Of a DNA stretch of 64,000 nt, positions 1 to 12,067 are shown in pieces. The translations under genes were made by a program, and so were the position numbers. Positions within the stretch are counted from its first letter, which is position 1. The number at the start of each line of letters is the position of its first letter. Location: positions 12,648,001 to 12,712,000 of the forward strand of contig JBHGNT010000002.1 of the NCBI GenBank assembly GCA_043228905.1, written 5' to 3'. The notes beneath the pieces were generated by a model. That model did not search any database. It saw only the letters and a program-made list of their open reading frames with translations, and was not told the DNA's origin. The stretch comes from Azolla caroliniana (taxonomy: Eukaryota; Plantae; Polypodiophyta).

Positions 1-122
1 TTTCATGGTGAGCTTATTGAGGCTAAATTTATAAATAGCCCAAAAGTTATATAAGTATAAATATGACTTAGGGCAATCACTTTACAGAGTTCTAGTTGTT
101 GTATCATCGTTGTACACAGAAC

Positions 123-216
<94 letters not shown>

Positions 217-473
217 CAGTTTCTGTTGTAACCACCGGTTGGCGAAGACATAGAGCTCGAGGTCATTGCCTCTAAGTCTTCTGTTGTACCTCCTTCCTCA
301 TATAGTGATAGTTGTAGCTTGTGGGCTCTTGTGGTTTTTTCCCTATTAGGGTTTTTCCACATAAACATCTTATGTCGTCTCTTCGGTGTAAGTGTACGAA
401 CCTCCACTTCTTTATTTTATTCTTTCCTTAAAGTGTTTAAAGGCTCGGTTATGGCTGAGCACTATTTTGCACA
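1..473 (+). mobile_element. 5' LTR (left-truncated by window) of Ty1/copia element A1, containing a long (GA)n tract at ~125-214
   Basis: Ends ...TTTTGCACA just before a PBS. Homologous to the LTR pieces at 5721-6128 and 15058-15232. Confidence 0.85.
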
Positions 474-476
474 AAC

Positions 477-489
477 TGGCATCAGAGCC
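477..489 (+). promoter_or_regulatory. Primer-binding site (tRNA-iMet type) of copia A1
   Basis: TGGCATCAGAGCC, one mismatch from canonical TGGTATCAGAGC, 3 nt after the LTR end. Confidence 0.85.
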
Positions 490-498
490 AACAAGAAA

Positions 499-676
499 AT
501 GGAAGAGTCATTCAGAAGCATGTTCAAGCTCACCAGCTCCAACTACCTAGTGTGGAAATCGAAGATGAGGGACATGCTTGTGGTCAAAGATCTCTGGTTG
601 CAAGTATAGTTCGGGGACAACAAACCGGACAAGATCGATGCCACGACATGGGAGGTGATGCACATGAAGACGATGG
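499..676 (+). pseudogene. gag: Copia A1 gag N-terminus, interrupted by element B
   Basis: MEESFRSMFKLTSSNYLVWKSKMRDMLVVKDLW (copia gag N-terminal motif) with an in-frame stop. Homologous to ~7490-7670. Confidence 0.85.
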
Positions 677-2979
677 TGTCGTGCCTTTCGGCTCCGGATC
701 GTTGCGTGAGTCGGGTCAGAACCACTGAGGTTTTGGACTAGGAGAAAGAAGAATATGAGATCAGGCTAGTAATGAATAGGTAGAAAGATAGGTAAGTTAT
801 GAATCTCGTGAATCCCACAAGTTTAGTGTATTTCATCAATATTTAGATAGTAAGAGACAATTTTGATCACAAATTCGTGAATCCCACGAATGTATTGTAT
901 TAATTGGTGTTTTAAGGAATATATCCAATTTCCAAATATTCCACACACACCTATTACATTGTGCTCCTCATCCTTATATAGTGATGAGAGAGTCTTAACA
1001 ATCCATGCTTTTTCTATAGATAGACTCTATGCTTTTTCTAAAGTGATCTTACTTTTTCTAATTTGATGTGTTTTTATCGATTATGGTGTTCTTGCACACT
1101 ACATGTGCATGCGTAGCTTTTTCTTTTATCATGCGTTTTCTTCTAACTAAAGTTTATCCTAGCGTAAACTTACCTTTCTATGTGAGACTTTTACTTTTTT
1201 AACACTAATGATATGTTAGTGTAATGGTAAGACTTTACATTCTAAACATGGAAGTGCAAGGTTAGAATCTTGCTCTATGCATGTAATATATATTTTTATA
1301 CTTTCTTCAATTTCCAAATATGTCTCTTCATCCGGTGAGAGACTCTCACTAGCCTTCTTCATCCGGCTCTTGCCGGGTCTGTTTCATCCGGTTCTCACCG
1401 GTTTTCTTTATCCAGTTCTTATTGGGTCTGCTTCATCCGGTTTTCATTATCCGGTTCTCACCGGGTCTCCTTACCGGGTCCAGTCCTTACCGGTTCTTCC
1501 TTCTGGTTCTCACCGGGTACTCCATGTCCTACCCGGAGAGATAAAAAATGTAATTTTTCACGTAGTGTGCGAATTACACTACAACACTCACCCCCTCCGA
1601 ACCCGCACATCCTCCGGTATGTGCCGAAGTTGTTGATGATTGTTATTCTTGTCCGTCCGGTCTTTGCCTGGTTCGTTTCGTTGCCGGTCGTGCTTGGTTG
1701 CCGACTCCGCCCGGTTTCTGGTTATGTTCGGTTGTGGGCTCCGTCCGGTTTTCGGTTTTCAGTTGCTTGCTGTGCCCAGTCACCAGTTCTTGTAATTCTC
1801 TTTTACTCGCAGTACCCTCTGTTTCTCTCGCTATGTCAACTTTGTCTCTCCATTTTGAGCATATCCATTCTTTCCACCCAAACCATTGTCGCCATCCGAT
1901 CCACCATAGTCTTCGTTCACTGTTTGCATGGCCATGGCCGGTTGTCACGGCTCCTCGTGCTCCTCTTGAGCATAACCCTTCATCTCTTGTGCATGCTCCA
2001 TGCTTCCCACTTTGTCCACCTTTGTCATATAATCTCGCGTTAGTGTTGTGAATCTTCATGTTATAGCCCTCCTTTGTCGAGATCTCATCCTTGGTAACAC
2101 CCTTCAAATCTGCTTGACCCTTGTCGTCTGTGGTAGTGTGCTTGTTTGGCTTCTTCCTAGTGTTCACCGATCTCGATTGCTTCGACCTCCATTTGAGTCG
2201 AATTACCTTCTTTTTGGATCGGTCTCGTCTAATCGGTTTTCGGTTGGATCGGCTTCTGATCGGATTCATATTCGGCCGAATCAGACTAGGTTGATCGGTT
2301 TCGACCGAGTCGGCCCCGTTCGGATTGGAATTCCGTCCAGATCGTCTTCCATCCGAACCGGCTTCCGACTTTACCTTTCTTGCTGCCACCTCCCATCTCT
2401 CCGATCTCACGTTGCTTCTCAGACACAACCGCGGAAGTCTCTAGGATTAGTGGGCAGGAATCCTCGGTATTATCCTTCTCCGTTGTTTCACCTATAGCCA
2501 CCTTCTTGGCTATCTCTCCGTTGTATACATCGACTTTGACCTTCGTTTTCTCTCCGCCACCTTCCGTCTCTCAAATGCAACCGCTGAAATCTCTAGAACT
2601 AGTGGTGGGAAAGTCTTCATCCGACCATCCGCCATTGATTCGTCCATAGACACCTCCAATTCGATGTCATCTTTCATGGCGACCTCCTCAATCAGGTCCG
2701 CCTCGCACTCTTTATCTCCCTCGATCATGCAAGCATCGATTATGCCTACCCCTTTTTCACCCGATGTTTCGGATACTTGTATTCCGAAACCTTCTTCTGT
2801 TCTTGAAGTGGTTTTCGCCACTCTCAAGTCATCGACCTTATCCTTGGTCGTCGTTCTTTCGCAAGATGAGAGGATGCCTTGTTCCACACCCTCTCCCGTG
2901 GTACCGTCGAATCATACTTCGGCCTTCATATCAGCCACATCGTTCATCCCTTATAGGCCATGTTGTTGCCGATGATATT

Positions 2980-4935
2980 CTCATCTTCCTCTTATCATGT
3001 CTTCGGCATACTCTTTCGACTTCGGCCCAATCCTCGGTAAGACCATTCGCACCGTCATCGTCTTCGAGTTCGATCCCAATGTCCATCCTTTATTTTTGAT
3101 TAATCGATCTTACGAACATTAGGGATTTATCCACCCCCACCGATCTTTGTTCTCGCTCCGAGAGTTGAGCAAAACAATACTCAAACTCTAAGAATGCTAG
3201 TGTCGCAGTCCGGTGAGTCTTTGTCGATGCCACCCACTGGTCAAACTCGCATCGATCTTGTCCCATCGATCTCTCGATGTCGTGAGAATACGACGAGGAT
3301 ACGTGAACTTGAGGCAGGACCCTGGGGTTTCCGACCAGAGGATATCACATTCGTGTGTTTATACTTTTAACAATTAAGAGAAATAAGAAATTTAATAATT
3401 TCCATTAACAAAGGAAAAGAAATTACAATATGTCCCAAGATTGGGATTCAGAAGTTTAGGTTTACTGAGATTAATAGAAAAGAAAAATTAGGGGTTTTCA
3501 GAGATATGGTTTCCGTAGGAAATTAGGGTTTATGAGAGATATAGCTTCCGTAAGGAAATTAGGGTTTTTTGAGTGTTATGGCTTCCGTAGGGAAAATTAG
3601 AATTAGGTTATACAAGAGATATGGCTTCTGTAGGGAAAATTAGGGTTTTTGACTGTTATGGCTTTGATAGGGAAAATTAGAATTAGGTTATACAAGAGAT
3701 ATATCGCTTCCGTAGGGAAAATTGGGGTTTTTGAGTGTTATGGCTTTGATAAGATAAGAGAGCTAAGAAGGAAAAGAAAATAAAAATGGAGAGAGAGGAT
3801 GAGTGTAGGAAAAAAAATGGAATATATTGGAGTTCTCCGTTGATCATAGCCTTCCATGTTACTTTGCATGTCCACTTTTAGTTGCATGGATTTTTCTTTT
3901 AGTTGTATGCGACCGTCCACATGACCTTTACTTTAGTTTTCTTTACTTTACTTTAATTAGCCACATCATCCTATCTTCTGTCCGTCTCGATCGTCGTCCA
4001 TCCAATCCGTCCGGTCCGCATCTAGCCTCGTCCAATCGCCGATTATCGGATCCGCCCGATTTCCGACACCATCCGATTGCCAATTTGCTTACCAGTCGGT
4101 TCCTATTTGCTTCTCGACCGGTTCCAAATTGCTTATGGACCGGTTCCGATTTGCTTACCGGCCGGTTCCTATTTGCTTTCCGTCCGGTTCCAGTTTGCTT
4201 ATCGGCCGGTTCTGGATTGCTTACCGACCGATTCCAGTTTGCTTTCCGGCCGGTTCAAGTTTGGTTTTCTTTTTTGGTAACTTGGCCACATTCATCCATC
4301 TAGACAAAGTGGCCAAAGTGCTCTTAGCACAAATAAAAAATGAGGGATCTCACTGTGCTTATATAGCCAGGGCCTTAAGTTTCCTATCTATATGGGATAA
4401 ATCATAGTTCTATTTTCCCTATCTTCTCAAACTTCATGTTCTCATAACTTCCATTTTGTATGTAGTGAAATGCGTTTTAAAGCTCTTGAGTACATCCATC
4501 TTTCTATAACAAGCTACTAATCTAATCTAAAATAATCATTTCGTTATTTTTCTACATAGTTTTCATATCGTGTGTGAAAAACCACACGACATTGTAGTCA
4601 TACTTCTCCAATACTGCTTTCTCAAAGGACACCCACATTGTGTTCTGTTGTCGTATCTCGTATATGCTCTCTTGCAGCTCGTCTGAGGCCACCCGACTAA
4701 AGGATATCACTTGCAATCCTTCTGATATCTGACATCGCATCATCTCCACCTTATAGTTACATACGTAACGTGACACATCCTTTCCATTGAATTTCCCATT
4801 TCGTCGCACAAGCCGCTCTACTACCGCCTTCATCTCCGACATCGCACGTTGCTCTTGTTGCATCCGCTCAATCATCATCATCATTATGCTCATTGCCTCT
4901 TGTGGATTCTTCATCTCCTTTCCACCCGTCTTCAC
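2980..4935 (-). pseudogene. gag: Element B gag-like ORF, split by solo LTR C
   Basis: RRNGKFNGKDVSRY...WVSFEKAVLEKYDY (4935-4592) resumes left of 3278 as ERSMGQDRCEFDQWV...LEFE...QLSEREQR...LTEDWAEVERVC. Confidence 0.7.
3278..4591 (-). mobile_element. Solo LTR C (~1.3 kb) with internal tandem repeats
   Basis: TGTCGTG...CACGACA inverted termini; interrupts the element B gag. ~40-bp repeats with TTAGGGTTT at ~3480-3745, ~20-bp CCGGTTCC repeats at ~4070-4265, TATATAA on minus at ~4360. TSD degenerate. Confidence 0.75.
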
Positions 4936-4948
4936 GTCGGGTTCACCA
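4931..4948 (-). promoter_or_regulatory. Primer-binding site complementary to tRNA-Trp
   Basis: Plus strand TTCACGTCGGGTTCACCA matches the 3' end plus CCA of plant cytosolic tRNA-Trp(CCA) as recalled. Lies 4 nt from the LTR boundary at 4953. Confidence 0.8.
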
Positions 4949-5430
4949 CTTGTGTCGTGCCTTTTGGCTCCGGATCATTGCGTGAGTCCGGTCGGAACCA
5001 CTGAGGTTTTGGACTAGGAGAAAGAAGAATATGAGATAAGGCTAATAATGAATAGGTAGAAAGATAGGTAAGTTATGAATATCGTGAATCCCACGAGTTT
5101 AGTGTATTTCATCAATATTTAGATAGTAAGAGACAATTTTGATCACAAATTCGTGAATCCCACGAATATATTGTATTAATTGGTGTTTTAGGAAATATAT
5201 CCAATTTCCAAATATTCCACACACACCTATTACAATGTGCTCTTCATCCTTATATAGTGATGAGAGAGTCTTAACAATCCATGCTTTTTCTATAGATAGA
5301 CTCTATGCTTTCTCTAAAGTGATCCTACTTTTTCTAATTTGATGTGTTTTTATCGATTATGGTGTTCTTGCATGCTACATGTGCATGCGTACCTTTTTCT
5401 TTTATCATGCATTTTCTTCTAACTAAAGTT

Positions 5431-5720
5431 TATTGGAGAGCTAGGGATCCGACATGAGGAATTCCGGCTCTACTACAACAGTCAAAGTGCCATCCACTTT
5501 TCGAAAAATGCAGCCTATCGTTCCCAAACCAAACACATCCAAAGAAGATATCACTGGCTCTGGGAGATGGTAGAAGATCAAGACTTCGTGCTAACAAAGA
5601 TCCACACGAAGGAGAACGGATCTGATATGCTAACCAAGGTGCTTTCAAACAATAAGTTAGACGCGTGCCGAAGATGAATCGAACTAATAAGAAATCCCAT
5701 GCCAGAGTGAAGGGGGAGGT
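5431..5720 (+). pseudogene. pol: Copia A1 RNase H C-terminus and PPT
   Basis: GELGI...YYNSQSA...KIHTKENGSDMLTKVL, then AGTGAAGGGGGAG (PPT) before the LTR at 5721. Confidence 0.85.
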
Positions 5721-7460
5721 TATTGGGAATTAAGTCCCTCCAGATGGGATCCAGATGAGAGCTGGAGGAGCTGGATTGGACGAGCCGGATGAAGGAACCG
5801 AATATGGAAGGGTTTCGAATGAGACCTGGAAACTGGATCGAGTGAATCTGGATGGATCTAGTGCAAACCGGATACAAGTATATATGTGTAAATATGTTTT
5901 ATGGTGAGCCTATTGAGGCTATATTTGTGATTAGCCCAAAAGTCATATAAGTATAAATATCACTTAGGGTAATCACTTTACAGAGTTGTAGTTGTTGTAT
6001 CATCGTTGTACACAAAACATGACAAAGACAGAGAGAGAGTGAGATATAGAATCAGTTTCTGTTGTAACCGCCGTTGGTGAAGACATAGAGCTCGAGGTCA
6101 TTGCCTCTAAGTCTTCTATTGTACCTCCTATTGGGAATTTAGTCCCTACGGATGGGATATGGATGACAACCAGAGGATCCGGATGGGTTCCGGATGAGAC
6201 CCGGAAACCAGATCGAGTGAATCCGGATGGATCTGGTGCAAACGGATCCAAGAACATATATGTAAATATGTTTCATAGTGAGCCTATTGAGGCTATATTT
6301 GTGAATAGACCAAAAGTCATATAAGTATAAATATCACTTAGAGTAATCACTTTACAGAGTTGTAGTTGTTGTATCATTGTTGTACACAGAACATGACAAA
6401 GACACATAGAGAGTGAGATACAGAATCAATTTCTGTTGTAACAGCCGTTGGCGAAGACATAGAGCTCGAGGTCATTACCTCTAAGTCTTCTTTTGTACCT
6501 CCTATTGGGAATTCAGCCCCTACGGATGGGATCCAGATGAGAACCAGAGGATGCGGATGAAGGAATCGGATCCGGAAGGATTCCGGATGAGAACCAGAGG
6601 ATCCTGATGGGTTCCAGATGAGACCCAAAAACCAGATCAAGTGCATCCGGATGGATCTGGTGCAAACGAATCTAAGAACATATATGTAAATATGTTTCAT
6701 AGTGAGCCTATTGAGGCTATATTTGTGAATAGCCCAAAATTCATATAAGTATAAATATCACTTAGGGTAATCAATTTATAGAGTTGTAGTTGTTGTATCA
6801 TCGTTGTACACAGAACATGAGAAAGACAGAGAAAGTGAGATACAGAATCAGTTTTTGTTGTAACCTCCGGTTGGCGAAGACATAGAGCTCGAGGTCATTG
6901 CCTCTAAGTCTTTTGTTGTACCTCTTGTTGGGAATTCAATCCCTCCTGATGGGATCTAGATGAGAACCAAAGGATCCGAATGAAGGAACCAGATCCAGAA
7001 GGGTTTCGGATGTGACCCGGAAACCAGATCGAGTGTATCCGGATGGATCCGGTGCAAACTAGATCCAAGAACATATGCGTAAATATGTTTCATAGTGAGC
7101 CCATCGAGGTTATATTTGTAAATAGCCCTAAAGTCATGTAAGTATAAATATGACTTAGGGCAATCACTTTATGATGGATGAGAGTTGTTGATAGAGTATG
7201 TACATAGTGAGTGAGAGAGAGATAGAGAGAGACAGAGAACAATTTCTGTTGTAACCGCCGGTTGGCGAAGACATAGAGCTCGAGGTCGTTGTCTCTAAGT
7301 CTCACATTGTATTCCTCTAGTTATAGTTGGAGTTTGTGGGTTCCCGTGGTTTTTCCCATTTAGGGTTTCCACGTAAACACCTTATGTCATCTCTATGTTA
7401 GTTTGTTCTCTTCCATTCCTTGTTGAAGACACTGTTGTGGCCGAGCGTTTTTTCTGCACA
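5721..7460 (+). repeat. Four tandem copia-A LTR heads (5721, 6129, 6503, 6926); the last is the full 5' LTR of element A2
   Basis: Each unit starts T(A/G)TTGGGAATT. The first three end at TTGTACCTC(C/T). The last runs to ...TGCACA followed by PBS TGGTATCAGAGC at 7464-7475. Confidence 0.85.
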
Positions 7461-7486
7461 AACTGGTATCAGAGCGAACAAAGGAA

Positions 7487-10400
7487 ACGGAAGAATCATT
7501 CGGCGGCATGTTCAAGCTCACCAGCTCCAACTACCCAGTGTGGATGTCGAAGATGAGGGACATGCTCGTGGTCAAAGATCTTTGATTGCTGGTACAATTC
7601 GTGGACAAGAAACCGGCTAAGATTGATGACACGACATGGGAGGTGATGCACATGAGGACAATGGCATACATCTGGTGATTCATTGACATGAGCTTGTGCA
7701 ACAACTTCAATGAAGAAAGTAAAGGTCATGTGTTCTAGGAGAAAATTTGCACCATGTTGGAGAGTAAGAATGTCGTAAATTGAGTTTCGGTATTCCGGAA
7801 GTTAGTGAGACTCCGGTACCAGGACAGATCTAGCATGGTGGAGCACATGAACGCATTTCAGGGGTTCATAAATAAAAAAACTTCTCTCAAAGTACCTCTA
7901 GCCGACGAGGTACTTGCATTGCTCCTGCTTGGTTCCCTCTAGCCGACGCTAGTTGTCACTTTGGGCAAAGCCGGGTCGGAAGGAAAGCAGTTGTCCCTAG
8001 CAAGGGTAAAATCAAGCTTGCTAGATGACGAAGCTTACCTAAAGGACCGAGAGTCCGCTACCGATCCGAAGGCTTTGGTCACGGAAGATGACCATAACCG
8101 GGGAAGAGGCTGGTATCGGAGTCCCCAAAACCGGGACAAATCGGGGATGAGGTCGAAGTCAAGGGGAAGGCCCATTTACTTTTATTGCGGAAAGCCCAGG
8201 CACTTCCAAAAAAACTTTCGTCATTTCCGGAAAGCGAAAGTAACAAACAATGCCGATTCGAAGAAGGGTTTGGACCGGAAAGGTTCGGATCAGAAGGGAA
8301 CATTGGCGATCACGACAAGTGAAGAAGAACTGATGCTCATTACCGAGGAGAATGAGTTAAAAACTTGTTGGTGACGAGACAACATGGGTTGTCGATTCGA
8401 GAGCATCGTTCCATCTGACACCTGATTGGAAATGCTTCTCATCCTACACAGTTGGAGATCACGGTTGTGTCCGGATGGGGCATGAAGGAACCTGTCGAAT
8501 CATCAGCATAGGAGATGTGTTGTTGATGACATGAACCGAATGCAAATTGCTGTTGAAAGAAGTCTGACACGTTCCGGAGGTTCGGTTGAACCTGATATCA
8601 GCCGGTCGGCTAGATGATGAAGGCTACATGGGTAGCATCCGAAACGGAGTCATGAAATTCAACAAAGGAAGCCTGATTGTGGCTTGCATCCGGAAGATCA
8701 ACACATTGTACCTGATGCATGCCCGGATATGCCAGGAAGAAGTGAACATGGCATTCGACACTGCCGATGAGTTGTGGCACAAGAGATTGTGTCATATGAG
8801 CCAGAAGGGGATGAGAAGTTGTGGGTTTCACCGTTGAAGACAAAGGATTAGGTGTTGTCTGTCTTCAAGGAACTCCACACGAGAGTGGCAAGAGAAACCG
8901 GCCGAAAGCTAAAAGTGGTTCGACCAGATAACGGAGGAGAATACTAGGGGTAATTTGAGGAGTACAGTCGATCGGAGGGAATCCGGTTCGAATTCACCGT
9001 GCCCAAGACGCCGGAACTAAATGGGCTGGCCGAATGGATGAACTGGACCGTGATGGAGAGAGTCCGGAGCATGCTGGCACATGCAAAGCTACCCAAGACG
9101 TTTTGGGCTTAGGCGTTGATGATGGGTGACGTATGTGATAAACAAATCACCCTCAACACCCTTGGATGGAGACACACCATAGAGAGTATGGACCGGTAAA
9201 GACATGTCTTACCGGCATCTGAAGGTGTTCGGATGTCTCACATATGTACATGTTGCAAAGGACAAGAGACCAAAGTTGGATCCGAAGTCTAGGCCATGCA
9301 AATTCCTTGGATATGGCGATGATGAGTTCGGTTACCAGATGTGGGATCTGGTCGACAAGAAGGTGTTCCGGAGTCAAGACATACATAGTCTTCATGGAAG
9401 AAAGATCATTGCCAACTGGGAGTCGGAGAAGAAGGTGATGAACTGTGGATTAGCCAATGAAAATCGGCTTAAGGACACAAGGACTTACCCAGTTGAAAAC
9501 TGGATGTTAGTCGGGAACCGGATGACACTCAACGAACCGACCGAACTGAGACTGGAAACCGAACCAACCGAACAAGAAGAAGAAGACACTGGAACCAGAC
9601 AACATTCTGAACCGGATTTGGATGAGGAACAAACAGAGGAACCGGTAGTCAGAAACCAAGGACAAAGATACCCTCTCAGAGAGAGAAGAGCCCCCTGGAG
9701 ATTTTCGGATGCAAAGCACGTATTGCTGACCCATTAGGGGGAGCCGGAAAGCTTCGAAGAAGCAAAGAAAGACACCCACAACCACAAGTGATTAAGTGCC
9801 ATGTAGAACGAGATGGATTACCTGCATAAGAACCACACATACGAATTGACAAAGCTGCCGAAAGGAAAGTGAGCATTACGGAATAAGTGGGTGTACAAGC
9901 TGAAATCGGGAGACGTTGGAAATCCACCAAGGTACAAAGCCCAGAACGTGGTGAAGGCGTTTCAGCAGAAGAAAGGTGTGGATTTCGATGAGATCTTTGC
10001 CCCAGTAGTAAAGATGACATCCATCCGGACGGTATTGAGTATATCGGCAAGCATGGACCTCGAGGTAGAGCAACTGGACATCAAGACAACATTCCTACAT
10101 GGCGATCTCGAAGAAGAGATCTACATGCATCAACCGGAAGGATTCGAGAAGAAAAGGAAGGAGCACATGGTTTCCCGAATGAAGAAGAGCTTGTACGGAT
10201 TGAAGCAAGCTGCCTTGCAATGTTACTGGAAGTTCGATTCCTTCATGAATGACCAAGGGTACCACAAGACGCAAGCTGACCACTGCGTGTCTGTGAAGAA
10301 ATTTGACGGAGGAGATTTCCTGATATTGCTCCTATACGTGGACGACATGTTGATCGTCGGACGAGACCAAATCAAGATTCATATGTTGAAGAAGGCTCTG

Positions 10401-11310
10401 AACCTGACCTTCTCAATAAAAGACTTGGGTCTGCCAAGACAAACCTTAGGGATGCACATCATCCAGGACCAAAAGAGGAAGCTATTGTGGTTGTCACAAG
10501 AAAAGTAAGTGATAAAGGTGCTTCAACAATTCAACATGTCGAAGGCGAAACCGGTCGGATCGACACTTCCGGAAAATTGCAAGTTGTCCGGAAAGCAAAG
10601 CCCGAAGACAAAGGCAGAGAAATCGGATATGATGAAGATACCATATGCCTCTGCCGTCGGAAGTCTAATGTATACACTGGTGTGCACCCGGCCGGATATT
10701 GTATATGTTGTCGGAGTCAACCGGTTCATGAGCAATTCCGGAAGAGAGCATTGGAACGTGGTCAAGTGGATATTCCGGTATTTGAAAGACACCTCGAGTA
10801 TGTGCCCTCGGTTTGGATCCAATAAACCCCAACTTGACGGATTCATGGATTCGGATATGTCGGCCGATGCGGATACCAGTCAGTCTACATCCGGCTATGT
10901 CATGACTTACGCAGGGGGAGCTGTATCATGGCAGTCGAGGCTACAGAAGTCCGTTGCATTGTCAACAATGGAAGCTGAGTACATGGCAGTTGTGGAAGCT
11001 GGCAAGGAGATAATCTGGATGAAGGATTTCATCGAAGAGCTAGCAATCTGGCAGGAGGAATTCCGGCCCTACTGCAACAGTCAAAGTGCCATCCACCTTG
11101 CGAAAAATGCGGGCTACCATTCCTGGACCAAGCACATCCAGAGGAGATATCACTGGCTTCGGGAGAAGGTAGAAGATAAAGACTTCGTGTAGACGAAGAT
11201 CCACACGAAGGAGAACAGATCAGATATGTTGACCAAGGTGCTTTCAGCCGACAAGTTGGACGTGTGCTGAAGATAGATCGGATTAACGAGAAATCCCATT
11301 CCGCAGTGAA
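7487..11310 (+). pseudogene. pol: Degenerate copia gag-pol (gag, Zn knuckle, protease, partly deleted integrase, RT, RNase H)
   Basis: YCGKPRHFQKN knuckle, WVVDS protease, LWHKRLCHMS, HLKVFGC, YKA...GVDFDEIFAPV, LLYVDDML, SWQSRLQKSVALSTMEAEY. Many stops and frameshifts. Confidence 0.92.
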
Positions 11311-11692
11311 GGGGGAGTTTGTTTGGAATTCGGTTCCTCCAGATGGGATCCGGATGAGAACTGGAGGAGCTGGATGAAGGAACCGGATCCAAAAGCTGTC
11401 CATATGAGACCTGGAAACCGAATCCCAGGACATATGTGTAAATGTGTTTCATAGTGAGCCCATCGAGGGTATATTTGTAAATCGCCCTAAAGTCATATAA
11501 GTAGAAATATGACTTAGGGCAATCACTTTATGATTTATAGAGTGTGTACATAGTGAGTGAGAGAGAGATAGAGAGAGCCACATAACGATTTCTGTTGAAA
11601 CTGTATGTTGACGAAGACATAGAGCTGGAGGTCGTTGCCTTTCAGTCTCACTTTGTATTCCTCCCCTCATACTAATTGTTGGAGTCTGTGGG

Positions 11693-11985
11693 TGTTACCC
11701 CGTATGAGATGTACGGAGAGTCAAGTGTGATGAGCGAGGGTCAAATGTTATCATGATGTTGTTGTGTATGTGTAGGGGGCATAAATGTAATTGTGAGTCT
11801 ATACGTATGTGAACAAATGCACACGTGTGTGCATGTGGATGGATACGAGGTGGTGTGAGTGAGTGTCCAGTACGAATGCTCGAGGGGGCTTACACCCCTA
11901 TGTATCTACCCCCTCTTGTACTATTTAACCCCTTATGGGGAATGAATGAAAAATGAATAACCATTTCTCTCTCAATATCTCTCTT

Positions 11986-12067
<82 letters not shown>

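Larger units (their letters stand above)
677..5430 (-). mobile_element. Element B: gypsy-like, apparently gag-only LTR retroelement with truncated 5' LTR
   Basis: Direct repeats start TGTCGTGCC at 677 and 4953. 3' LTR is 677-1586 (TG...CA), PPT GGAGGGGGTGAG on minus at 1587-1598, PBS at 4931-4948, gag on minus. No PR/RT/INT motifs seen. The right LTR breaks off at ~5430 into copia RNase H sequence. Confidence 0.8.

Noticed and set aside
1643-2887. Minus-strand ORFs in element B as pol or env
   Set aside because: No protease, RT, RNase H, integrase or transmembrane motifs were recognised; treated as degenerate gag extension or 3' region.
4931-4948. tRNA-Trp gene
   Set aside because: Only the 3' 18 nt including CCA are present next to an LTR, so it is a PBS and not a tRNA gene.
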